A stretch of DNA of 64,000 nucleotides from a bacterium (GTDB lineage: Bacteria; Patescibacteriota; Minisyncoccia; Phycocordibacterales; SBAW01): contig SBAW01000011.1 in assembly GCA_005239955.1 (NCBI GenBank), forward strand, positions 6,924 to 70,923, read 5' to 3'. This document shows positions 8,634 through 17,899 of the stretch, piece by piece. The position numbers and the translations under genes are program-made. The notes beneath the pieces are model-generated. The model did no database searches. It worked only from the letters and a program-made list of their open reading frames with translations, and was not told where the DNA came from. Within the stretch, counting starts at the first letter, position 1. Each line of letters opens with the position of its first letter.

Positions 8634-9167
8634 CTACTTCTTACCGAACTTTTCGCTATAGAGTTTTTGCGAGTGTTCCAAGGCTTTTTTGCCTTCAGCC
8701 GCCCCTTCAAAACCAGTTACTTTAACCTCCACGGGCTTGCCTTTCAGGAGTTTGATGGTTTCAAAGAAGAGCTTTATTTCGCGAAGCGTGTGTTGGTTGA
8801 GATCGGCAACATCTTTTACGTCTTCATAGCGTCGGTCATCTGCGGGAACGCCAAGGATTTTATCGTCCGACTCTCCTCCATCAATCATGCGCATAACGCC
8901 GATGATGCGGGTCGGCACAAGAACGCCGGGGAAAAACGGAAAATGCGAAAAGAGAAGCACGTCAACTGCGTCGCCGTCATCCCAGAGCGTCTGGGGTACA
9001 AAACCGTAATTGGTAGGGTAGTGCGTCGGCCCGTAATTCACGCGGTCAAGCCTCATAAGCCCCGTCTCTTTGTCGAGTTCATATTTATTCGATGAACCAG
9101 CGGGGATTTCAACAATAACGTTCAGTTCTTCAGCAGACCCAGCCTGTATGTCGTGCCACAAATTCAT
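8634..9167 (-). CDS. ppa: Inorganic pyrophosphatase (family I)
   Basis: NKYELDKE, YPTNYGFVPQT, DGDAVDV, DDKILGVP motifs; start MNLWHDI. Confidence 0.95.
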   Translation of the reverse strand: MNLWHDIQAGSAEELNVIVEIPAGSSNKYELDKETGLMRLDRVNYGPTHYPTNYGFVPQTLWDDGDAVDVLLFSHFPFFPGVLVPTRIIGVMRMIDGGESDDKILGVPADDRRYEDVKDVADLNQHTLREIKLFFETIKLLKGKPVEVKVTGFEGAAEGKKALEHSQKLYSEKFGKK

Positions 9168-9183
9168 ATATTTATAATAACCC

Positions 9184-10380
9184 TTATTCAGCCTTTTTAG
9201 GTTTCGCCTCCTCAGCTGCCTCATGGACTTCACCAGACTCATCGGTTTGCGCAAGCTCTTTTCCTCTAATAGAGCGGATGTCTATTTTCCAGCCAGTGAG
9301 TTTTGCCGCAAGACGCACATTCTGCCCGCCTTTGCCGATTGCCAAGGACTGCTGATCTTCCGACACTTCAACCGTCGCTTTATGCTCCGCCTCGTCGAGG
9401 CTCACGGAGACGACACGCGCTGGAGAGAGCGCATCTTCAATAAACTGCGCTTGGTTGTCGGACCACTCAATGACGTCAATTTTCTCGCCGCCGAGCTCTG
9501 ACATCACGGTTGAAACGCGCACGCCGCGCTGACCCACAAGCGATCCCACCGGATCAATGTGCTGGTCAACCGAGGCAACCGCAATTTTGCTACGAGAGCC
9601 TGCTTCGCGCGCGATGGCTTTCACGAGTACTGCGCCACTCGCGATTTCCGGAGCCTCAAGCGCGAAGAGTTTTGCCAAAAATTGCGGATGGGAGCGGGAA
9701 AGACGAAGGTAAATGCCGCGCGGGGACTCTTCAACTTGGTAGAGATAGGCGCGAATGCGCTCGCCTTGGCGATAGCGTTCCCCGGGAATTTGTTCTTCAT
9801 AAGGCAAAATACCGGTCGCGCGGCCGAGGTCAACGTAGAGGTTGCCGCGCTCAACACGCTGCACCGTACCGGAGACAATATCGCCTTCGCGCTTGCCGAA
9901 CTCGGCGACAACTGACACTTTTTCGGCTTCGCGGATCTTTTGAATGATGACCTGCTTTGCGGTTTGCGCCGCAATGCGGCCGTAGGCGTCCTGCCCCCCG
10001 GCGGGCGGTTCAAGCGGGAAGATAATCTCATCATCAAGTTGCGCGTCTTTTTTGATGCGCCGCGCATCACTCATCATGATGTGGTGCTCGGGGTTAAAAC
10101 GCACCCGTTCATCCGCGGGGTCCACTTCCGCCGGCGCTTCGCCTTCAGCAAGATCGGTACGGACCATCGTCTCATCCACCACAATCTTTACTTGAGAGAA
10201 TTCAATGGTGCCGGTTGCGATATCAAACTTTGCGCGAACAATTTGTCCTTTTTTGCCGTATTCCTTTTTGTAGGCGGTTGCAAGCGCCGTTTCGATCGCT
10301 TCGATAATTTTTTCACGCGGAATACCGCGCTCCTGCTCGAGCTGATCGAGTACCGAATGAATAACTTTTAAATCCATCAT
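9184..10380 (-). CDS. nusA: Transcription termination/antitermination factor NusA
   Basis: GRIAAQTAKQVI, S1 and KH domains, AIGKGGQNVRLAAKLTGWKIDI. Confidence 0.97.
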   Translation of the reverse strand: MMDLKVIHSVLDQLEQERGIPREKIIEAIETALATAYKKEYGKKGQIVRAKFDIATGTIEFSQVKIVVDETMVRTDLAEGEAPAEVDPADERVRFNPEHHIMMSDARRIKKDAQLDDEIIFPLEPPAGGQDAYGRIAAQTAKQVIIQKIREAEKVSVVAEFGKREGDIVSGTVQRVERGNLYVDLGRATGILPYEEQIPGERYRQGERIRAYLYQVEESPRGIYLRLSRSHPQFLAKLFALEAPEIASGAVLVKAIAREAGSRSKIAVASVDQHIDPVGSLVGQRGVRVSTVMSELGGEKIDVIEWSDNQAQFIEDALSPARVVSVSLDEAEHKATVEVSEDQQSLAIGKGGQNVRLAAKLTGWKIDIRSIRGKELAQTDESGEVHEAAEEAKPKKAE

Positions 10381-10387
10381 GGTGGTG

Positions 10388-10510
10388 AGGACTGCCATAT
10401 GCGGCGCATACCTTTGTCGAAGCCTTCCGCTTCGCGCTCGCCGTATACACTCGATACGTCTCGCGCGGTGCTCGGCTTCTTCGCGGCCTGCATCCGCCTC
10501 TGTCAGTCCT
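10388..10510. repeat. REPIN-like degenerate palindromic element upstream of nusA
   Basis: AGGACTGCCATATGCGG...CCGCCTCTGTCAGTCCT imperfect terminal IR. Confidence 0.55.
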
Positions 10511-10660
10511 TGTTGTTAATGAATCGCTGGTGGTTAAAAAGATATCCGCCCACTCGGGGCGGATATCAGATGATGCAACTGTAGCAAGGCGCTTCATGGT
10601 GGTCAAGTGTGTGTTGAAATCACGTAAAAATCTCAACAAAGCGCGATATACTTGATTCAT

Positions 10661-12409
10661 ATGCACATTGAGGAGAAGCAGTTGCGCGTATTCCTCATCG
10701 ACTCACGGCTCGTTTCTGGCAGTGATTTTGATTCGGCGAAGAAAGAGGCGGAAGAAAAAGGGCAGGGTGTCGGCAAGATCCTCGTTTCGCGAGGGTTTTT
10801 AAGCGATGATGATTTGCGCCGCGCGGAGGCCTATGTGCTCGGCATCCCCTTCGTCTCCCTCAAGAATGAGAAGATTCCGTTTGAGGTGCTCTCGCTCATT
10901 CCGGAACCGATCGCCCGCAATCACAACATCGTTGCCTTCAGAAAAAGCGACAGCGGCCTTGAAGTTGCGATGCTCGATACCGAGGACCTCGAGGCAATCG
11001 ACTTCGTTAAGAAAAAAACAAGGCTGAAAATCTTGCCGCGCCTTACCGACAATGAATCAATGAAGGCAGTACTCCTCCAGTATCAAAAAAGTCTCAAAGC
11101 AGAATTTGGGGAACTCATTGAAAAAGAAACGGCCTCGCTCAAAATGGTCACAGAGGCGGGGGCGGAGGGCGCCTCCGAAGCCGAACTTAAAAAGCTCGCC
11201 GAGGATCTCCCCGTTGTCCGTATTGTGGACGCACTGCTGCGCCACGCCATTATTCAAAGCGCTTCCGATATTCACATTGAACCGCAGGAGAAAGAACTCC
11301 TCGTGCGCTACCGCATCGACGGACTCCTTCACGACGCCGTGACCCTTCCCAAAGGTGCGGCGGACTCTTTGACTGCACGCATCAAAGTGCTCTCGAGCCT
11401 CAAACTCGACGAAAAACGCCTTCCCCAAGACGGCCGCTTTAAGGTTGAGTCGGGGGAACAAAAAGTATCGTTTCGCGTGTCAATTCTCCCGACCTACTAT
11501 GGCGAAAAAACCGTGATGCGCTTGCTGCGGGAGAGTGGCGGCGGCTTTACGCTTGAGGGATTGGGGTTTCATGGCGAAGGCTTAGAGCGCATCCACCAGG
11601 CGACGAAACAAACGACCGGCATGATCTTAACGACGGGTCCGACCGGCTCCGGTAAGTCAACAACGCTCTACACCATCCTCGATCTTCTCAATCAGCCTGA
11701 CGTCAATATCTCCACTATTGAAGACCCGATTGAGTACCAAATGCCACGCATCAACCAAACGCAGGTGCGACCTGACATCGGGTTTAGCTTCGCCAAAGGC
11801 ATTCGGACACTTGTGCGCCAAGACCCGGACATCATTATGGTTGGTGAAATTCGCGACGGAGAAACAGCAGGGCTCGCCATTAACGCAGCCCTTACGGGCC
11901 ATCTCGTTCTCTCTACCCTCCATACCAATTCCGCCGCAGGAGCCATTCCGCGCCTTATCGACATGGGCGCGGAGCCGTTCCTCATTGTCTCGACCATTAA
12001 AGTAATCATTGGCCAGCGCCTCGTACGAAAACTTGTCGGGAAAGAAAAATATTTTCTCACGAAGGCCGAGCTTATGAAGCTCGGAGAGACGGTTGAATTG
12101 CCGAAAGTTCTCGAAGCGCTCAAGTCGGAGAAAATTGTTGAGAAAAACGCGACCTGGGACAAGATTCCGTTTTATAAACCAAAGAAAACTCCCGACTCGG
12201 AAGATGGGTACGGCGGACGGATTGGTATTCACGAAATAATGAAAATGTCGCTCACGATCAAAGAGCTTGTGATGAAAAATGCGACCTCTGACGACATTGA
12301 AAAACAAGCACGCTCCGAAGGCATGCTTACTATGCTTGAGGATGGCATATATAAATGTGTGCAGGGCGTGACGACGATTGAAGAAGTGTTGCGAGTCGTA
12401 TCGGAATAA
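10661..12409 (+). CDS. pilB: Type IV pilus assembly ATPase (PilB/GspE)
   Basis: ASDIHIEP, Walker A GPTGSGKS, TIEDPIEY, RQDPDIIMVGEIRD, LSTLHTN. Confidence 0.95.
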   Translation: MHIEEKQLRVFLIDSRLVSGSDFDSAKKEAEEKGQGVGKILVSRGFLSDDDLRRAEAYVLGIPFVSLKNEKIPFEVLSLIPEPIARNHNIVAFRKSDSGLEVAMLDTEDLEAIDFVKKKTRLKILPRLTDNESMKAVLLQYQKSLKAEFGELIEKETASLKMVTEAGAEGASEAELKKLAEDLPVVRIVDALLRHAIIQSASDIHIEPQEKELLVRYRIDGLLHDAVTLPKGAADSLTARIKVLSSLKLDEKRLPQDGRFKVESGEQKVSFRVSILPTYYGEKTVMRLLRESGGGFTLEGLGFHGEGLERIHQATKQTTGMILTTGPTGSGKSTTLYTILDLLNQPDVNISTIEDPIEYQMPRINQTQVRPDIGFSFAKGIRTLVRQDPDIIMVGEIRDGETAGLAINAALTGHLVLSTLHTNSAAGAIPRLIDMGAEPFLIVSTIKVIIGQRLVRKLVGKEKYFLTKAELMKLGETVELPKVLEALKSEKIVEKNATWDKIPFYKPKKTPDSEDGYGGRIGIHEIMKMSLTIKELVMKNATSDDIEKQARSEGMLTMLEDGIYKCVQGVTTIEEVLRVVSE

Positions 12410-12411
12410 CT

Positions 12412-13629
12412 ATGCCGCTCTTCAAATACCGCGCGCTTCGGAAAGATGGCACCTCCTACCTCGGGGAAGCAACGGTTGCCGACCGCTTTGCGGTCTATAC
12501 GCACATTCGCCAAGAAGGAGCGACCGCCCTTTCGGTTGAAGAAGTACATTCTTCCCACTGGCTTTCCTGGCAAGGCCTCAACCGACTCCTTTCAACGGTT
12601 CGATTGCAAGACAAGATTGTCTTCACGCGAAATCTTGCGGCGATGATTGAATCAGGACTCGCACTTTCCCGGGCACTCTCGATTCTCGAACGTCAAACAG
12701 GGAATCCGAAACTGAAAAGTGTTCTCGCGGAAATTGGCGCTGACATACGAAAAGGCTCTACGCTTCATGACGCGCTCGCAAAATTCCCCCGTGTCTTTTC
12801 ATCGCTGTTTGTTTCTATGGTGAAGGCGGGCGAAGAGTCTGGGTCTCTTGCTAAATCACTCCATGTTGTTGCAACACAAATGGAGCGTGCGTACCAACTA
12901 TCGCGAAAAGTGCGCGGCGCCCTTATTTATCCTGCCATTATTGTTACCGCGATGGTTGTCATTGGGATCCTTATGATGATTTACGTCGTGCCCACACTCT
13001 CCTCAACCTTTAAAGAACTTGGCATGGAACTTCCCACGTCAACGACCGTCATCATCACGGTAAGCGATTTTTTGGTCGCGAACACCTTCGTCGCACTTCT
13101 GCTCCTTCTTATCGTTGCCGGCGGACTCGTCCTCGCTTCGCGCACTAACAGAGGGAAACGTGTTCTTGAATGGGTCATCCTCCATATCCCCATCATTGGT
13201 GGAATTGTGAAAGAGGTAAATGCGGCGCGCACGGCGCGCACCCTCTCTTCGCTCCTCTCGGCAGGGGTTGAGGTTGTCTCGGCACTCCTTATCACCGAAG
13301 AAGTGCTCCAGAACTCATATTATAAAGACGTGCTTAAAGCCGCGCGCGAACTGGTGCAAAAAGGTACGCCCATTTCGGATCAATTTCTCCAGCACACCGA
13401 CATCTACCCGCTTATGTTTGGCGAAATGGTGGCGGTGGGGGAGGAAACGGGAGAATTGACTGCCATGCTGACGAAGATTGCTGATTTCTATGAAGGAGAA
13501 GTTGAACAAAAAACGAAAGATATTTCAACGGTCATTGAGCCGTTCCTCATGATTGTCATTGGCGCGGGGGTCGGATTCTTTGCCTACGCCATGGTTGTGC
13601 CGATTTACTCCATAAGTAGTGGCATCTAG
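12412..13629 (+). CDS. pilC: Type IV pilus platform protein (PilC/GspF)
   Basis: Two T2SSF repeats, AGEESGSL and VGEETGEL; ALIYP. Confidence 0.93.
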   Translation: MPLFKYRALRKDGTSYLGEATVADRFAVYTHIRQEGATALSVEEVHSSHWLSWQGLNRLLSTVRLQDKIVFTRNLAAMIESGLALSRALSILERQTGNPKLKSVLAEIGADIRKGSTLHDALAKFPRVFSSLFVSMVKAGEESGSLAKSLHVVATQMERAYQLSRKVRGALIYPAIIVTAMVVIGILMMIYVVPTLSSTFKELGMELPTSTTVIITVSDFLVANTFVALLLLLIVAGGLVLASRTNRGKRVLEWVILHIPIIGGIVKEVNAARTARTLSSLLSAGVEVVSALLITEEVLQNSYYKDVLKAARELVQKGTPISDQFLQHTDIYPLMFGEMVAVGEETGELTAMLTKIADFYEGEVEQKTKDISTVIEPFLMIVIGAGVGFFAYAMVVPIYSISSGI

Positions 13630-13630
13630 T

Positions 13631-14086
13631 ATGACGAGCTCTACACGCGGCTTTACTCTCATAGAGGTCATCATCGCAGTCCTCATTGTAGTTTTGGTCA
13701 CTGGAGTTTTTGTAGCGTCGTTTCGGTCTTTTTCTGCTCGTCGCGCACTTGATGGCGCCTCTGCCCATGTGATATCAGCCCTTGAAGTGGCACGCACACA
13801 AACACTCGATTCACTCTCCGATTCGCAGTATGGCGTCCATATTGAAGCGACACGCGTTACCATTTTTAAAGGCGCGACCTATACGCAAGGCCACGTCGAT
13901 AACCGAATCATAAATCTCTCTCCACAGGTTAGGGTCACCTCATCTCTTACCGGTGGAGTAACTGATGTTACCTTTATGCGCCTTACCGGTAAGGCAAGCG
14001 TGACCGGAACGGTTACTATTACCCTCGTGGCGGATACCTCACAAACGCGGGTTATTACTATCGCCCCCGGCGGCATAAGCTCATGA
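13631..14086 (+). CDS. Prepilin (GspH/FimT-like)
   Basis: Class III signal RG|FTLIEVII. Confidence 0.88.
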   Translation: MTSSTRGFTLIEVIIAVLIVVLVTGVFVASFRSFSARRALDGASAHVISALEVARTQTLDSLSDSQYGVHIEATRVTIFKGATYTQGHVDNRIINLSPQVRVTSSLTGGVTDVTFMRLTGKASVTGTVTITLVADTSQTRVITIAPGGISS

Positions 14087-15327
14087 ACGGATTTGATGAA
14101 AATCGCGATCTGCTTTGTTGTAGCCTCCGGCGCTCCCTCACCTTATGTTTCCATAAGGCTCAGTTCATTTCTTACAGAAACCGTACACCTTTCGGCAATC
14201 TTCTTCGCACAACTCGAACATTGCTCGAAAGGTCTTGCGAAGCTTCAGGTATTCGCTTCTCACATCGGCTACGTCGCGCATCTCATCGATTTTCATCAAA
14301 TCCGGTGACTCGTAGTATAACGAATCAGCGCGGTGTCACCCTTATTGAAGTTGTTATCGGCGTCGCCATTATTGCGCTTTCGTTTGTCGGCATTCTCATT
14401 GCCTCGCGCCAATATGTTGTGGTTGGCCTCGGCAATACCGAAAAACTCCAAGCCGCTTATTTTGCCGAAGAAGGGATAGAAATTGTGCGGGCACTACGCG
14501 ATCGCAGCTGGAATACGTTCGCCGCGCTCGGGACGTCAACGACCTATTACCTTGCACCGGTTGCGGGAGTGTGGGAAGCAACCACGACGCCAACTACCAC
14601 ACTTGTTGGCTTTACACGTACCGTTGCATTAGGAAGTGTCTATCGCAACAGCACGTCGCATGACATTGTTTCTGCGACATCGTCCAATAATTATCTGGAC
14701 CCCTTGGGCCGTTTCGTGAGGGTAACCGTTTCCTGGGGTGGAGGCCTTCAGACAAGTGCTGTTTCTTATGAAGGCGGTACCACTGACTCCAATCTGGCGA
14801 GCTTCCCGTCAAATAATGCGGGCGACGGTGACCCCGCGCAGAGTTTTACCACGGGGAGCGAAAGTGTCTCGGCGGGAAGTGTCGCGCTTCTTCTCAAACG
14901 AGTCGGCAGTCCCTCGAACGTGTATCTTGAAATCCGGAGTGGCAGTACGGTCGGAGTGGTCCTTGGCACTTCAGGAACGGTGGCGAGTTCGTCTATCCCC
15001 ACGTCGGCCCTCACGTGGACCTCTTTTACCTTTTCCTCACCCGTCCCTCTTGCGGCAAACACCACATACTATCTGCGACTGCGGAGCACCCCCGATTCAA
15101 CGATCGTCTTTTCGGGTTCCGCCGGCACGCTCAACTGGGGCTACCTTCAAACGGCGCAAAGCCCCTATGCAGGAGGGACGGCGTATCGCTATGTGGGGCG
15201 CCAAGGAAACCAAAGCGACCAAGGTCAGTCACTAACGCAGTATGACTTCTCATTTCGCGTTATAACTGCTGGCGGAGGAAACACAACAGAGGTACAGACG
15301 TACCTTATGCGCCTTTTCAATAACTAG
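14083..15327 (+). CDS. PilV-like minor pilin with inserted beta-rich domain; leader contains an in-frame element (alternative start GTG 14305)
   Basis: RG|VTLIEVVIG; QAAYFAEEGIEIVRALRD; AQSFTTG...LAANTTYYL insert. Confidence 0.85.
   Translation: MNGFDENRDLLCCSLRRSLTLCFHKAQFISYRNRTPFGNLLRTTRTLLERSCEASGIRFSHRLRRASHRFSSNPVTRSITNQRGVTLIEVVIGVAIIALSFVGILIASRQYVVVGLGNTEKLQAAYFAEEGIEIVRALRDRSWNTFAALGTSTTYYLAPVAGVWEATTTPTTTLVGFTRTVALGSVYRNSTSHDIVSATSSNNYLDPLGRFVRVTVSWGGGLQTSAVSYEGGTTDSNLASFPSNNAGDGDPAQSFTTGSESVSAGSVALLLKRVGSPSNVYLEIRSGSTVGVVLGTSGTVASSSIPTSALTWTSFTFSSPVPLAANTTYYLRLRSTPDSTIVFSGSAGTLNWGYLQTAQSPYAGGTAYRYVGRQGNQSDQGQSLTQYDFSFRVITAGGGNTTEVQTYLMRLFNN
14088..14304. mobile_element. 217-bp MITE/REPIN-like element with 18-bp perfect terminal IR
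   Basis: CGGATTTGATGAAAATCG (14088-14105) / CGATTTTCATCAAATCCG (14287-14304); TGA at 14084 and 14306. Confidence 0.8.
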
Positions 15328-15329
15328 AC

Positions 15330-15845
15330 ATGAGACCCCATCACTCACAACGTGGTTTCTCCCTTCTCGAAATGCTTATCTATATCAGCATTCTTGCGGT
15401 CATATCGGCGGTTGTGGTGGGGTCGCTTATTCCTCTTGCACGCTCGTATCGCCAGGTCGTGATGGCCTTGGCGATTAATAACTCCGGTTCTGCGGCGCTT
15501 GAGCGGATGGTCCGCGAAGTGCGACAGGCGACTGATGTCGGAGCAGGAAGTGTTCTCAACTCTTCACCAGGGACCCTCGTCCTTTCCTCGCTTGATAGCA
15601 CGGGCAACCCGATAACCATCACGTTTGATGTCTCGGGGGGAGCGGTGCGTATTACGGAGGGGGCGGGAACTCCCTACGCACTTACCGGCAGCGGTGTTGC
15701 GGTTTCGTCGCTCATCTTTACCTCGCAAACCAACGCGACCACCTCAAAGTTGGTTGGCATTGATCTCACATTAACGTCGACGGTTGGAGCACTTACGCGG
15801 TCGACACGATTTAAAGCAGGGGGCACGCTGCGCAATAGCTACTAA
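15330..15845 (+). CDS. Prepilin (PilW/GspJ-like)
   Basis: RG|FSLLEMLIY; ALERMVREVRQA. Confidence 0.88.
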   Translation: MRPHHSQRGFSLLEMLIYISILAVISAVVVGSLIPLARSYRQVVMALAINNSGSAALERMVREVRQATDVGAGSVLNSSPGTLVLSSLDSTGNPITITFDVSGGAVRITEGAGTPYALTGSGVAVSSLIFTSQTNATTSKLVGIDLTLTSTVGALTRSTRFKAGGTLRNSY

Positions 15846-15846
15846 T

Positions 15847-17130
15847 ATGATGCACCATTCACCGTTCGAGCGAGGCCAGGCCGTTATAGGCGGCGTTCTG
15901 TTTTTCTTGGGGACTGCACTTGTGGTGGTGGGGGCTATCGCGGCACCCGTCATCAGTGGCAGTGTATCTGCACGAAGCCTCGTAACGTCAAAAGCAACCT
16001 ATGCGGGTTCGGAGGGGCTTCTTGAAGATGGGGTTTACCGCGTCATAACGGGCAAAGCACTCACGAACCCTCTGGTCATGACGGTCGGCGGTTCAACCGT
16101 CACGGTCTCTTCGCAGGATGTGGGGAGCGAGAAGGTCATTACCGCATCTGCAACGACCGATAATCGTGTGCGAAAGACGCAGGCGCGCCTGTTTCAAGGA
16201 ACCGGCGTGTCATTTTTCTATGGCGTACAAACTGATACGGGCGGCATCACCATGGTGAACTCCGCAACCGTTGAGGGAAATGTCTTTAGCAATGGTCCTG
16301 TAACAGGCGCAAACTCGAATCTGGTAAAAGGCTCGGTCGTTTCTGCCGGTCCTACCGGTCTTATCGATGGCATTAATGCGACGAGCTCCGCTTATGCCCA
16401 CACCATCCGCAATTCCGATGTTGACGGCAATGCCTACTACACGACGATTTCAAATACTTCGGTTGGCGGAACCTCTTATCCCAGTAGCCCCGATCAAGCA
16501 ACATCCACGCTCCCCATAACCGATGAAGAGATTGAGACATGGAAAACGGAAGCTGCGGCCGGCGGCACACACACCAGTCCCTGCCCCTACTCGATTACTG
16601 GCTCGGTGACACTGGGGCCACGGAAAATTAACTGCGATCTCATTATTTCAGGGAGCGCCATCATCACGCTTACTGGGCCTCTGTGGGTTGTTGGCAACAT
16701 CTCGTTTGCGAATTCTTCCGTTATCAACATCAGCTCTTCGGTGGGGAATAAAAGTATCGCGATTGTCGCCGACAATCCTAGTGATCAACTTGGTGGCAGT
16801 AGAATTACCATTTCAAACAGCACGGATTTTAATGGCAATGGCGGCGATCGCTCATACGTGCTCCTCGTCTCTCAAAATAGAAGTGCGCAGTCGGGTGGCG
16901 GCACCAAAGCAATTACGATTTCAAACAGTGCAAACGGCGATCTACTTCTCTATGCGGGTCACGGAGAGATTGAACTCAGTAACAGCATAAATCTTGCCGA
17001 AGTGAGCGCGTGGCGCATTCGCATCTCCAATAGTGCGAAGGTGATTTATAAAAGCGGACTCAGCAATCTCCTCTTTTCCTCCGGTCCATCGGGCGGTTAC
17101 AGCATCAGTAGTTGGCAAGAAACGCAGTGA
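15847..17130 (+). CDS. PilX-like minor pilin with beta-solenoid-like C-terminus
   Basis: RG|QAVIGGV; ATYAGSEGLLEDG; C-terminal ISSWQE. Confidence 0.75.
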   Translation: MMHHSPFERGQAVIGGVLFFLGTALVVVGAIAAPVISGSVSARSLVTSKATYAGSEGLLEDGVYRVITGKALTNPLVMTVGGSTVTVSSQDVGSEKVITASATTDNRVRKTQARLFQGTGVSFFYGVQTDTGGITMVNSATVEGNVFSNGPVTGANSNLVKGSVVSAGPTGLIDGINATSSAYAHTIRNSDVDGNAYYTTISNTSVGGTSYPSSPDQATSTLPITDEEIETWKTEAAAGGTHTSPCPYSITGSVTLGPRKINCDLIISGSAIITLTGPLWVVGNISFANSSVINISSSVGNKSIAIVADNPSDQLGGSRITISNSTDFNGNGGDRSYVLLVSQNRSAQSGGGTKAITISNSANGDLLLYAGHGEIELSNSINLAEVSAWRIRISNSAKVIYKSGLSNLLFSSGPSGGYSISSWQETQ

Positions 17131-17209
17131 TTATTGTTGACTTTAGGTAGCGCGGGGCGTTTCATGGAGAGAACGAGTTCACCTCAACTTTTTGGGAAGG
17201 GAGGGGACC

Positions 17210-17656
17210 ATGTCCCTCGAGAGAGAGTTCGATCGCATTGATGGCGACGGCAGCGACTGTGCGCCACCCTATCATGCCGCGCTATGGTCTCGTCTGGCCT
17301 CGCGCGAGGTACCGGATGCCACGTGGCAGATCATGGTGTCCGTTGGCGACGTAGCGACGTTTCATATCAGCCGGCGCCCGCATCGCGGATTTCTTCGCTT
17401 GAAGCAGAGTGGGTCAATTCGGGTGAAGAGGGGCGTTCTTGCTGAGGCGTTGCGTAATGGTAGAAGTGCGCAGCATCTTTCGAAGACTCAGCGACTGAAC
17501 GAAGTGGCCGGAAGCTGGCGTCTCAACGCGAAGATTCTGCATAGGACACTCACCCTCGTCGTCGAGCACAAACCCTTCTTCGGTCGCACGCGGTCGACAG
17601 TCTTCCACTGCAGCGAAGAGGAACAACGTCGACTATTCGAGCTGATGGAAATCTAG
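17210..17656 (+). CDS. Hypothetical orphan protein
   Basis: SD AAGGGAGGGG before ATG; followed by GGGCGCCC...GGGCGCCC hairpin. Confidence 0.55.
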   Translation: MSLEREFDRIDGDGSDCAPPYHAALWSRLASREVPDATWQIMVSVGDVATFHISRRPHRGFLRLKQSGSIRVKRGVLAEALRNGRSAQHLSKTQRLNEVAGSWRLNAKILHRTLTLVVEHKPFFGRTRSTVFHCSEEEQRRLFELMEI

Positions 17657-17711
17657 CGAGAGGGGCGCCCGATCTCCGGATTGGGCGCCCGCTTCGTGCT
17701 AATATTTCGCC

Positions 17712-17899
17712 ATGGCGAAGCGACTGATCGTAGCTAACTGTCCCACAACGCCTGCGCTTCTGCGCAGCTGCGATGTGTGGATCCCGTCATGCTCGCAACT
17801 TCGTGCTGTACTGTCTCTCTCGCGCCGAGGCGCAGTCGAAGGGATCCGCCAACCCGCAATCGCATGTTGTGCGAGCGTGTTGGGGAGAAAATGAATCGT
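17712..17899 (+). pseudogene. Relic tpiA 5' end interrupted by a 146-bp palindromic element (17741-17886)
   Basis: Removing 17741-17886 gives MAKRLIVANWKMNR, in frame with and duplicating the MKKTRLIVANWKMNP start of tpiA. Confidence 0.75.
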
